The notes beneath the pieces are model-generated. The model had not been told where the DNA came from, did not search any database, and was given only the letters and a program-made list of their open reading frames with translations. A stretch of DNA of 64,000 nt from a virus (Duplodnaviria; Heunggongvirae; Uroviricota; Caudoviricetes), in the IMG/VR virus record IMGVR_UViG_3300027766_000002. One strand, given 5' to 3'. The position numbers and the translations under genes were made by a program. This document shows positions 9,868 through 18,283 of this stretch, one piece after another (the first letter of the stretch is position 1; every line of letters begins with the position of its first letter).

Positions 9868-10037
9868 ATTAAGTCGTTCTTCTACTTGTTAATTTTCATT
9901 TTACCCCAAATCATACCTGAAAGCTTTATCATCAAAATTGGTAGGCTACTGTTTCTAAGAACTGCCGTAAAAATCTGCTTAGACGCCTTTCAAGTGCGGA
10001 TTATCATTTCCGCATCATCCATTTACGAGCCACGTTT

Positions 10038-10379
10038 ATGAACTTCAAACGCTTTTTGTCAGTAAAGAAGCCCTGCGCCAATTGTCCGTTCCTGAAGGAG
10101 AATGGCATTGAGATCGGGGAAGAGCGCCTTGCGGAAATCAAACAGAATTTGCTGGACGACGACATGACCCCGTTCCAGTGCCACAAGACAACGCATCCCA
10201 CTGGTGGTTATCACGACAGTGAGGGCGTTTATCACCCTTCTGGGAAGGAGAAGCATTGTGCTGGCGCAATGGGGTTCCTGTATGCAAAAGGGCGCATGAA
10301 CGTGCCAATGCGTATAGGTTTAATGTCTGGAGTGCTGACTCTTTCCGAATTAAGAGGAATAACCCCGTTGCTTGCGTAG
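10038..10379 (+). CDS. Hypothetical Cys-rich protein
   Basis: 113 aa ORF with CANCPF and CH motifs. Confidence 0.4.
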   Translation: MNFKRFLSVKKPCANCPFLKENGIEIGEERLAEIKQNLLDDDMTPFQCHKTTHPTGGYHDSEGVYHPSGKEKHCAGAMGFLYAKGRMNVPMRIGLMSGVLTLSELRGITPLLA

Positions 10380-10462
10380 GTGATCTGAAACTGATCAACC
10401 GAACCGTCAAAGTGAAAAATCTGTAAGATAGGTATTTACCTACCTACTTATATCGATTATAG

Positions 10463-10740
10463 TCACTCTCGTTTTCGGCGGTGAGCGATTGTTTTACTTT
10501 TAAAATAAATGCAAACGACACTCAGTACCTGGCAGTAGCGTAACAGCCAAACACCAGCAGGGTCAGTCTCCAGCCCTGTTATCGAAATGGAGCAGACTGA
10601 GCGAGTCTGATTACGGAACGCAGAGACGATGGCCACGGCCACCCGACCGATGGGGTAACGAGATGGGTGGGGGTAATTCCGACATGAACACCCGGGTTTA
10701 AAGGCACTTCCGCCCATCTCGTTACGTCATTCCATATTAC
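10463..10740. ncRNA. Candidate structured non-coding RNA or structured DNA element
   Basis: GC-rich. Contains several perfect hairpins, including a 14-bp stem gtaacgagatgggtggg/ccgcccatctcgttac and cagactgagcgagtctg. No convincing ORF. Confidence 0.3.
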
Positions 10741-10821
10741 TTATGTCGTTTATTCTTGGGTTGAATAATCGTAGACGTAGCCCGGCTGGCATGGTTAGCC
10801 AGCACAAATTCAGGGACCGAT

Positions 10822-11031
10822 ATGCAAGACGTTGATGAGCTTAAGCGAGCTGCCGCAACACTCTTTGTCAAAGCTATTCAGCAGAATCGTGGTGATTACG
10901 GCTCCACGAGCACTGTAGAGGCGGTAAAGCGAGGGGGTTCGACGATGACAATAAGCCACAACGGAACTATATCGGCCTACAAAGATGGTGTGCTGAGAGT
11001 GAGAATGGGTAGCATTGTCGGTGATCTGTAA
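10822..11031 (+). CDS. Hypothetical small protein
   Basis: 69 aa ORF. Confidence 0.3.
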   Translation: MQDVDELKRAAATLFVKAIQQNRGDYGSTSTVEAVKRGGSTMTISHNGTISAYKDGVLRVRMGSIVGDL

Positions 11032-11160
11032 TGATTCCATACATCTCAGAGTTTAGATCCACACCACGCACCTAACCTTGGTGCTCGTGACAAGATTTTT
11101 TTAGCTTTGCAGTATCAACGCCCCTCGAAGGGCTACATATAAAATACAAAGGAAAAACAC

Positions 11161-11772
11161 ATGTCAGAAGTCAAAAAGGTTATCACCGCGTCCGACCGTT
11201 CAGCTAAAGGCGTTGTTAAAGCTGTTGCCGATCTGAGCAAGGTTGCAGTCGAGCTGACAGCTCTGGCGCAGTCTAACGTCAACCTGGCCGAAGAAATTGA
11301 GTTCAAGCAATCCCAGCTGGCCGACCTGGATAATCAGATCAACACTAAAGAGCGTGAAGGTGCTGCCCAGCTGCGTCTGCGTGTTATCGAAAACGAAGAC
11401 CGCGTACTGGCTGACCTGATGAAAGCTCGTGGCCTGGCGACCATCTCCGTTGCTGATCTGAACCTGCTGAACACTCGTGCAGTGAACGCTGAAGCAGGCA
11501 ATGAGCAGGCAGTTGAAGAAGCGCGTACCTCTGCATTCCGTCAGGCTGACTCTGCTGCCAAAGCTCAGATTGCTCAGCTGCAGGGCGATCACCGTGTTGA
11601 AATGGCTGAGCTGAACGCAAACAGCAAAGCGAAAGACAACCGCATCGAGTTCCTCGAAGCGCAGGTGACTCAGTTGCAGGGCGAAGTGAAAGCTGAACGT
11701 GACACTCGTCTGGAAATCGCTAAAGCGGAATCTAACCGCCAGGGCGTTACCGTAAACACCGGTAAGAACTAA
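11161..11772 (+). CDS. Hypothetical coiled-coil protein
   Basis: Preceded by AAAGGAAAAACACATG. 203 aa and strongly alpha-helical/coiled-coil. Confidence 0.55.
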   Translation: MSEVKKVITASDRSAKGVVKAVADLSKVAVELTALAQSNVNLAEEIEFKQSQLADLDNQINTKEREGAAQLRLRVIENEDRVLADLMKARGLATISVADLNLLNTRAVNAEAGNEQAVEEARTSAFRQADSAAKAQIAQLQGDHRVEMAELNANSKAKDNRIEFLEAQVTQLQGEVKAERDTRLEIAKAESNRQGVTVNTGKN

Positions 11773-11780
11773 GTTGCGTG

Positions 11781-11802
11781 TCTGTTCCCCTCCGGGGGAA
11801 CA
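11781..11802 (+). terminator. Rho-independent terminator
   Basis: gttcccctccgggggaac hairpin. Confidence 0.5.
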
Positions 11803-11953
11803 GCACATCGTAGAGCGGGTTGGGTTTATTTATTCACTTAAAGACTCCGCTAACAGTCCCTCAGCCCGCTCTACGCTGTGTACGCAGCAGATTATGTCTG
11901 CAATCGGTAGCTGACATCGTCGAACTCCAAACCTTACTTATAGCGCAAATACC

Positions 11954-11976
11954 AAAGGGGCTTCGGCCCCTTTTTT
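11954..11976 (+). terminator. Rho-independent terminator
   Basis: aggggcttcggcccc hairpin followed by TTTTTT. Confidence 0.55.
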
Positions 11977-11988
11977 GTTGAGGCAAAT

Positions 11989-12582
11989 ATGGCAAATATG
12001 AACGATTGGAATGCTTTTGATAGGTACAGAGCACAATTACGGGGCTATGAAGATCACGCCAATAATCGCTTCAGCACAAGGATGCCGGCCAGCTTAACGG
12101 AGGCATTTGAAAGGTCGATGATGAACAGTGATACCTCTTTCACTTACCAGCGTATCCAATACAAGAACACCATGCCTGGCCGGTTCATTCAGGTGATCGG
12201 AGATGGTAGAGAAATTCGACCACTGAGCTGTATGCAGTTACGCACAAACTTTCTCAGCAGCCGCGAGCGCTATAACGTTGCTCAAATGCCAATGATGACT
12301 ACCTCATATGAAGAAGAGCCATCAGACCCTCTCGTAAGCAGAGCGTTTAAAACCGTTGCGCTCTCTTCTTTCGTTACCATTTCAATGTCCACGCTGGATA
12401 GCAGAAGCCGTCACTTCACGCTCTACTTTGCAGACAAATTTTTAGACGGAGCTGTTAGCTTCAGCCCGATATTCTTTGAATCTAACGGCGCACGAGTGCC
12501 GGACAACGCACCGGCTGAAGAATATCTAACCTGGCCTCGTCGCACAGGCAGAAACGAGTTTCTGGCTCGATTTACAAGCTAA
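11989..12582 (+). CDS. Hypothetical protein
   Basis: 197 aa ORF. Confidence 0.45.
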   Translation: MANMNDWNAFDRYRAQLRGYEDHANNRFSTRMPASLTEAFERSMMNSDTSFTYQRIQYKNTMPGRFIQVIGDGREIRPLSCMQLRTNFLSSRERYNVAQMPMMTTSYEEEPSDPLVSRAFKTVALSSFVTISMSTLDSRSRHFTLYFADKFLDGAVSFSPIFFESNGARVPDNAPAEEYLTWPRRTGRNEFLARFTS

Positions 12583-12677
12583 GAATAATAGGTAGTGACC
12601 TACCAAATATTATTGGCTATTCTGGTCACGAATTTATTAGGCAATGGACGCCTACATACTCACGAAGGGAATCAAAA

Positions 12678-13166
12678 ATGTCAGAAGTTAAACTGCCAGA
12701 GTACCAAAGCATCAAGGTGGTTGGCGCTGCAAAAATCGCTTCAATCACCGGCACTGCAATCGGCCTGGATCTCCACAATAGCATTGTAGAGATTGAAGTT
12801 GGCTGCGCCTGGGTTGCTCGCCACCAACCAGAAGTCGGTGGCTACTTTGTTCGCTATGAAGACGGCTATGAGTCGTATTCACCGGCAGAAGCGTTTGAGA
12901 AAGGTTATCTGGCGCTCGCAGACGCAGGTTTCGCTGCTTCATTTGGCGTCTCGTTTGGTATCGCCATCGAGCTGCTTAAAGAGGGTGATCGTGTGGCTCG
13001 CAAGGGCTGGAACGGTAAAGGGATGTGGTTTGAGCTTCAACGCCCGGACGCTGACAGTGACATGACGCTCCCATACATCTATATGCGTACTGCAGACGGG
13101 CAGAACGTACCGTGGCTGGCCAGCCAAACCGATATGCTCAGTGAAGATTGGGTGATCGTGAAATGA
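12678..13166 (+). CDS. Hypothetical protein (DUF2829-like; a paralogue of 55985..56296)
   Basis: 162 aa. The C-terminal KGWNGKG…DW segment is shared with the ORF at 55985. Confidence 0.45.
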   Translation: MSEVKLPEYQSIKVVGAAKIASITGTAIGLDLHNSIVEIEVGCAWVARHQPEVGGYFVRYEDGYESYSPAEAFEKGYLALADAGFAASFGVSFGIAIELLKEGDRVARKGWNGKGMWFELQRPDADSDMTLPYIYMRTADGQNVPWLASQTDMLSEDWVIVK

Positions 13167-13621
13167 CAGACGCAGAACTGGAACAGCAGCTGCTCGACAA
13201 AGGACTAACCGCACCGCGCGTTACGCTGGAGCACATCGAGAGCCTGATTGCTGAAGAGCATTATTTCTCAGCTTACGACGGCATTCGATCAGCTAACCAG
13301 GGCGTCGATGCAGCTTGGTGGGCTAACACGGCCGCCGACCGTCATACGTTTTGCTATTTGCTACTGACCAACGGTTACACTGTCACGGGCGAGAATGCGT
13401 GTGTTAGCAAAGAAAACTTTGATCCTGAGTTGAGCCGCCAGCTGGCGCGCCGCAACGCTATTGCAAAAATTTGGCCTCTTGAGGGCTACCTTTTAAAACA
13501 AACATTGAATGATGAACAGAATGGTAAAAGTGAAAATTTATGGCAAAGAACAGTGCGCCTACTGCAAAAACGCAAAGGAACTGGCCGAACAACTACAGAG
13601 CCAGGGCAAGCTGACGTTTGA
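13163..13621 (+). CDS. Hypothetical protein
   Basis: ATGA overlap with the upstream stop. Its 3' end overlaps the glutaredoxin gene by about 100 nt, so the true end is uncertain. Confidence 0.4.
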   Translation: MTDAELEQQLLDKGLTAPRVTLEHIESLIAEEHYFSAYDGIRSANQGVDAAWWANTAADRHTFCYLLLTNGYTVTGENACVSKENFDPELSRQLARRNAIAKIWPLEGYLLKQTLNDEQNGKSENLWQRTVRLLQKRKGTGRTTTEPGQADV

Positions 13622-13763
13622 GTACATCGACATCCAGGTCGCCGGGATCGGTGCACCAGAGCTGAGTGAACTTGTTGGCCAGCCGGTAAGACAAGTGCCC
13701 CAGATCTTCGTTGATGACAAGCCGGTGGGCGGCTACACTCAGTTTTCAGCGATTAAGTTCTAA
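13521..13763 (+). CDS. Glutaredoxin (NrdH/Grx-like)
   Basis: CAYC active-site motif near the N-terminus and a thioredoxin-fold-like sequence (…VPQIFVDDKPVGGY…). Confidence 0.7.
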   Translation: MVKVKIYGKEQCAYCKNAKELAEQLQSQGKLTFEYIDIQVAGIGAPELSELVGQPVRQVPQIFVDDKPVGGYTQFSAIKF

Positions 13764-13767
13764 GACA

Positions 13768-13793
13768 AGGCTCCGAACGGAGCCTTTTTATTA
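13768..13793 (+). terminator. Rho-independent terminator
   Basis: ggctccgaacggagcc hairpin followed by TTTTTA. Confidence 0.6.
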
Positions 13794-13809
13794 CCCTATA
13801 AAAATCGAA

Positions 13810-14859
13810 TTATGATTCGGTTTGCCGATCTTTTTTGGGATTAAATGATTGTAAGAAGCGCATAAGGAGAAAATCATCAGGGGCTTCAAAATCTACATAC
13901 CCATCAGGTTCAACAAACCCTTGCGCTATCCTTGGATGTCTCAGCGTTTCTTTTGGTAAAGCTTGAGTTGCAAACGGATTATGCAAGATGTATAGGCCAT
14001 CGGCCAGGTGCTCTACATAATCACTTTTTATTGTCTGGTTTACTCTAGGATATAGGGATCCATCAATGGGAGGCGTGAACGTAGAGTAAATGGTATGGGC
14101 AGAAGGGTTGTCAGCTAGCGCCCTCACCTTGCCCCATGTTGCAAGGCTGCTATAAATAACTGCACTTACGTCTGAGTATTCAGGAGTGCAGAAAAACCCC
14201 AAATCTATATGGGCATTTTCATTTTTTATCGCTGCATCAACATTATATGAAATCATGGTATTGGAACCCGATTCTATTGTTGCTTCTTCATCATGGTAAA
14301 GACCATATAAGGTCGCTAGTATGGGTCTGGCCGCGGCAAAATGAGCAAAAGGTCGGTCAAATGAGGCTATAGCGATTACGAATGGCCTATTTTTGCATTG
14401 GGGCAATTGTGAATAACGTGCTCGCAACTTCCTAACTTTAGCAATGAAGCTATTGCTTAATCTGATCGAGCTTTCTGAATTAAATCTATTGAAGTCTCTT
14501 GGCATATCTTCATGACTAAACCCGTAAACGCCTTGTCCTCCCTCAGCTGGAAGAGCTACAGTCGCCTCGATGCAAAACGCACTCTCACTTAAAACCACAA
14601 AATCAGGAGCATCATATGAGAAATCGTTAATTAGCCCTAACTCTTTTAAGTATGCATAAATGTATAATTCCCACAAACAAGGCTCAAATGTTGTTTGGAA
14701 CTCTTTCACGAATTTATTGTCTCTATCCTGAAATCCTTTCGCCCAACCATTTATGACATCTCTCTCAGGTTGGTATTGTTCCTTTTTCATCATAATGTAG
14801 ATAGGGTGTTGCTTTTCAAACGGAACAACATCTTCAAACAGATTTAGCATGAAGCTCAT
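13810..14859 (-). CDS. Hypothetical protein (AT-rich, minus-strand accessory gene)
   Basis: 349 aa ORF on the opposite strand to its neighbours. Low GC. No motif recognised. Confidence 0.5.
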   Translation of the reverse strand: MSFMLNLFEDVVPFEKQHPIYIMMKKEQYQPERDVINGWAKGFQDRDNKFVKEFQTTFEPCLWELYIYAYLKELGLINDFSYDAPDFVVLSESAFCIEATVALPAEGGQGVYGFSHEDMPRDFNRFNSESSIRLSNSFIAKVRKLRARYSQLPQCKNRPFVIAIASFDRPFAHFAAARPILATLYGLYHDEEATIESGSNTMISYNVDAAIKNENAHIDLGFFCTPEYSDVSAVIYSSLATWGKVRALADNPSAHTIYSTFTPPIDGSLYPRVNQTIKSDYVEHLADGLYILHNPFATQALPKETLRHPRIAQGFVEPDGYVDFEAPDDFLLMRFLQSFNPKKDRQTES

Positions 14860-14912
14860 GTTGTTAGTGACCTTAAAATCTATATTGGCGTTATTATTAA
14901 AATGCGAGAAAT

Positions 14913-14941
14913 AAAAAAGCCCCTTTAGAGGGGCTTATTTT
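14913..14941 (-). terminator. Rho-independent terminator (minus strand)
   Basis: aagcccctttagaggggctt hairpin with a T-run on the minus strand. Confidence 0.5.
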
Positions 14942-15471
14942 GCTTTGTGTGACATTCGAACGCCAGATTGACGACGCGGCGCAATAGGTCTATTGCGTTT
15001 AAGCACTCTATTCATCGGAACCATTTGCTGGGTCTGAGCATCATAAGCATACATCTGCCCGTCTGTCGGCATAATTTGAGAACCATCAATGCTTACACCA
15101 GGTGCTACGGCAACTTTAAGAGGAGGTCTGATCGTAGCCTCGATTGAAGCTGCCGCAGGGGTTTTCGTAATTCCAACCCGCACAACTAAAGTTTCACCTA
15201 CTTGAACTCTTGTGCGTTTCTGAGCGCGAAATTTTTTTTCTACCCATTTTGCTCGACCAGCAATGACTTGTCTTTGAGTGCCGACCTGTGCATTTCCAGC
15301 CTTTTCTTGGACTAAGCTGGCAGGGACGATCTTCCCCTCATGCCGAACGTACTCGCCCGAAGCAAGTTTACGCTCAGTGATTTTAGCGGAGGTTTTCTTC
15401 AATTTACGCGTCAGCGCAGCGTAAAGTTGTTCAGCTGAAGGGTTTTCAGTAGTATTTCGTGACGATTGCAT
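14935..15471 (-). CDS. Hypothetical basic protein
   Basis: 178 aa ORF on the minus strand, within the island. Confidence 0.4.
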   Translation of the reverse strand: MQSSRNTTENPSAEQLYAALTRKLKKTSAKITERKLASGEYVRHEGKIVPASLVQEKAGNAQVGTQRQVIAGRAKWVEKKFRAQKRTRVQVGETLVVRVGITKTPAAASIEATIRPPLKVAVAPGVSIDGSQIMPTDGQMYAYDAQTQQMVPMNRVLKRNRPIAPRRQSGVRMSHKAK

Positions 15472-16000
15472 AACCCCTCCTGTGACTGCCGAGTCTATTG
15501 AATTTAGACGTCATGGGGATAGACTTGAGTCTTATATCTCGGTCTACATCAAACCCCAGAGCCGTGTCGTAAATGCCTAGAAGCTCATCTCTGGCTGCTA
15601 TCCAGAAGTAAAGCCCAGCCTTGGTTACATTGTAATGGTCATAAACTGCACAAGCAACCCCGGTCACCAAATCCTTCTTAGCGCGAAAATCAATCTGGAC
15701 ATGGGCATAGTCATTTTCACCATCAGCAAGGTCAAATGCAACAATCCAAGCGCCACTTTCAGGGATGGCAAGTTGCTTGCCGCTGTATTGCGTTTCACCT
15801 AGAAAACTTTCCAGTACAGATTGCTTGTCAATTTTAGTGAACCCAACTGTATATCTGTGGCCCGTACTTAGCCTGCCCGCGAAAAATTCTCTGGCTACAG
15901 CAATTTGAGGCTCTTCTACATCACCAAACAAATAAGGATCAAGATCGTCCGGTTCAGGGACTTCCGTTTCATCCTCAAAATCATGCCACTCCCACTGCAC
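15446..16000 (-). CDS. Hypothetical acidic protein
   Basis: 184 aa ORF on the minus strand. Confidence 0.4.
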   Translation of the reverse strand: MQWEWHDFEDETEVPEPDDLDPYLFGDVEEPQIAVAREFFAGRLSTGHRYTVGFTKIDKQSVLESFLGETQYSGKQLAIPESGAWIVAFDLADGENDYAHVQIDFRAKKDLVTGVACAVYDHYNVTKAGLYFWIAARDELLGIYDTALGFDVDRDIRLKSIPMTSKFNRLGSHRRGYAIVTKYY

Positions 16001-16123
16001 AATTTACCTCGATTTCCTGAAATAATTCTTATTATTTAATCAAATCTTCTTTTTATACGCAATTCTTTCTAAAGGCGTACTCATCTTGGCAAAGGGGCAC
16101 AAATTTCAAAAAATGAAGCCTAA

Positions 16124-16156
16124 ATGATTCCATACTATGTAAGTATGGAATCATTG
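16124..16156. promoter_or_regulatory. Candidate recombinase core site: 13-14 bp perfect inverted repeats around a 5-7 bp spacer
   Basis: aatgattccatact atgta agtatggaatcatt lies immediately upstream of the tyrosine recombinase gene. Confidence 0.4.
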
Positions 16157-16169
16157 ATAAATCAGAGCT

Positions 16170-17330
16170 ATGCTGACCCTAAAAAAAGAGGTTTCGCATA
16201 TGCGTAGTGAATTTGATTTGGCCAAGGCAGCAGAAAACTGTTCCGCAGAGACGATCGCGTTTCTGCAGACCGTTATCGACTCGCCGCTTGATCAGCTGGA
16301 AGATTTCAGTGATTCCGACCCGGTTTTCAGAAAAGCATTCATGCTTTTCACCCGGCTATCTTTGCTGGTGACTCGCCGCCGTCCCGAGCTTGGCGTCCAC
16401 TGCATTTTGATACACGTTCTGCCTAAAATTGGCGATCTCCCTCTGTCAAAAATCACCAAGGTGGTCATTAACCGGCTGACAAACCCGCTGATCGTGGAAG
16501 GTAAAATTGTTCAGGGTAAACGTGTCTTTTCCGTAATGAAGCAGTTCCTCGCTTGGTGTGTGTTCCAGGGTTATCTAGAGAACTCACCAGTTGGCGACAT
16601 TCCACTGAACAAAGTTGGTGGCTCAAACCCTAAGCCCAGGGAGCGCACGCTAACAGACGCTGAAATATGGGTGTTCTGGCATGTATGGGATTACTTCGAA
16701 GTTTGCGAGGTGACGCGCTGGGCTGCCAGATTGACGCTTGCTGCTGCTCGACGCCCTGACGAGATCCTACGTGCAAAATCCGCTGAGTTTGACCTCACCA
16801 ATAACATATGGAACCAGGGTCGTCGTAACAAGTCGAATCGAGACCACCGGTTGCCCATCAGCCCGATTATGAAGCTCTGTATCGAACGGCTGCTTGCCGC
16901 GGGTGAGGGTAGCGAATGGCTATGCCCATCTAACAAGAAAGCAGGGCGGCCGATGTCAAAGGTGGCCATCAGCCAATCTTTGCGCCGAATCCTCGAAACA
17001 CCAGAAATGCTGGCGGTTGAGCCGTTCACTCCACGTGATCTACGCAGGACTGCAAGGAGCTGTCTGGCAAGTTTGGATGTACCGAGTGATGTATCAAGAA
17101 AGGTTTTAAATCAAAGCCTTGAAGGTATAGACCGTGTGTACGACAGGCACGACTATATAGATCAGATGCAAGAAGCACTGTGCAAATACTCAGTATTTTT
17201 GTTTAATATAGTCGAAAGCGAGGGGGTGGAGGATTTGAGCCACAAATACAAAGGCGACCGTCTGGATCTATCAAACAGTCGCCTTGGACTTGGGGTCGTT
17301 AACTTTGGATCGCAGCAAGTATATCCTTGA
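16170..17330 (+). CDS. Tyrosine recombinase / integrase-family protein (the start may be the internal ATG near 16199)
   Basis: C-terminal catalytic region with ARRPDE…FTPRDLRRTARS…RVYDRHDY (R-[H/R]xxR-Y). Confidence 0.6.
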   Translation: MLTLKKEVSHMRSEFDLAKAAENCSAETIAFLQTVIDSPLDQLEDFSDSDPVFRKAFMLFTRLSLLVTRRRPELGVHCILIHVLPKIGDLPLSKITKVVINRLTNPLIVEGKIVQGKRVFSVMKQFLAWCVFQGYLENSPVGDIPLNKVGGSNPKPRERTLTDAEIWVFWHVWDYFEVCEVTRWAARLTLAAARRPDEILRAKSAEFDLTNNIWNQGRRNKSNRDHRLPISPIMKLCIERLLAAGEGSEWLCPSNKKAGRPMSKVAISQSLRRILETPEMLAVEPFTPRDLRRTARSCLASLDVPSDVSRKVLNQSLEGIDRVYDRHDYIDQMQEALCKYSVFLFNIVESEGVEDLSHKYKGDRLDLSNSRLGLGVVNFGSQQVYP

Positions 17331-17679
17331 GCTTTTCATCTGTTAGAGTGCCGGATGATTTTGTTTTGTCTCGTAAGGCATTGATTATCTGGCGCTCTTC
17401 GTCACTTAGACCAGGGAGGTTTTTCTTTATGAATTGGTGGATGACCGGGTATCGTTCTTCCAAAACCAGCATCATGAAGCGAGTCTCATCTGTGCCTAAA
17501 GCTTCAGCAAGAAGGGATACTTTTTCCAATGGCATCGGCAGACGGCCGGTTTTAATATTGGAGAGATTGTTTGCGTTTTCATAGCCAATCTCAGATGCGA
17601 TCTGAGTCTGCGATTTTGGGGATGTCAAAATAAGCCCCTCAATAAATGCCGAAATACGGTTACCTTTTTTAGCGGCCAT
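17299..17679 (-). CDS. XRE-family helix-turn-helix transcriptional regulator (candidate repressor)
   Basis: HTH segment QTQIASEIGYENANNLSNIKTGRLPMPLEKVSLLAEALG. 126 aa. Convergent with, and overlapping, the recombinase 3' end. Confidence 0.6.
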   Translation of the reverse strand: MAAKKGNRISAFIEGLILTSPKSQTQIASEIGYENANNLSNIKTGRLPMPLEKVSLLAEALGTDETRFMMLVLEERYPVIHQFIKKNLPGLSDEERQIINALRDKTKSSGTLTDEKLKDILAAIQS

Positions 17680-17932
17680 AATAGTTTTTTCCTGCTTATT
17701 TATGCGAAATAATTATCAATTACGAGGTGTCATTTGCACCATTGCCCTGAGTGTATTACCGGCTAGAAAGTAAGTAAAGGGTTATCCCTCCTTAATGATA
17801 AGTAACCCACTAACTATTCATCAAAGGCCCATACACCAAGGCTTAATGAGAATTATTTTTGATATAAAACCTTTGATTTTTGTTACATAGCGTATAAGAT
17901 GCCGCCTCGATAAATAAGAACTGTCCCAAAGG

Positions 17933-18151
17933 TTGTTTATGGATGATTTAATCGCCTCCTTGAAGGCACTTGGCGTAGGCATGATTATCGCCGTTCCTTA
18001 CCATTTAGTTTCGGACATTATCCTTCGCTGCAACGGTATCGACATTGACTGCGGAGATGACGCTGTCGCATGTTTTCACATCAGCATTGCGCAAATGAAG
18101 TACACCCTTGCCTGCACTGGCGAAACCAGCCTGGTCACACGTTTTCTTTAA
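17933..18151 (+). CDS. Hypothetical small protein
   Basis: 72 aa ORF downstream of the AT-rich divergent control region. Confidence 0.3.
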   Translation: MFMDDLIASLKALGVGMIIAVPYHLVSDIILRCNGIDIDCGDDAVACFHISIAQMKYTLACTGETSLVTRFL

Positions 18152-18283
18152 ATCTCTTTAGCCTTTCTTAAAATCCAAACCTTGTTACTAGCCTGCGCGT
18201 TAATGGTCTCATTCATTGCGCGCAATGTTATTATCACCACTCAGAAAACAAATTGTTTTCATAAACAAGAGATGGAAAAGCAC

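Noticed and set aside
11200-11808. 202-aa minus-strand ORF
   Set aside because: It is antisense to the motif-preceded coiled-coil gene 11161..11772. The translated product is low complexity.
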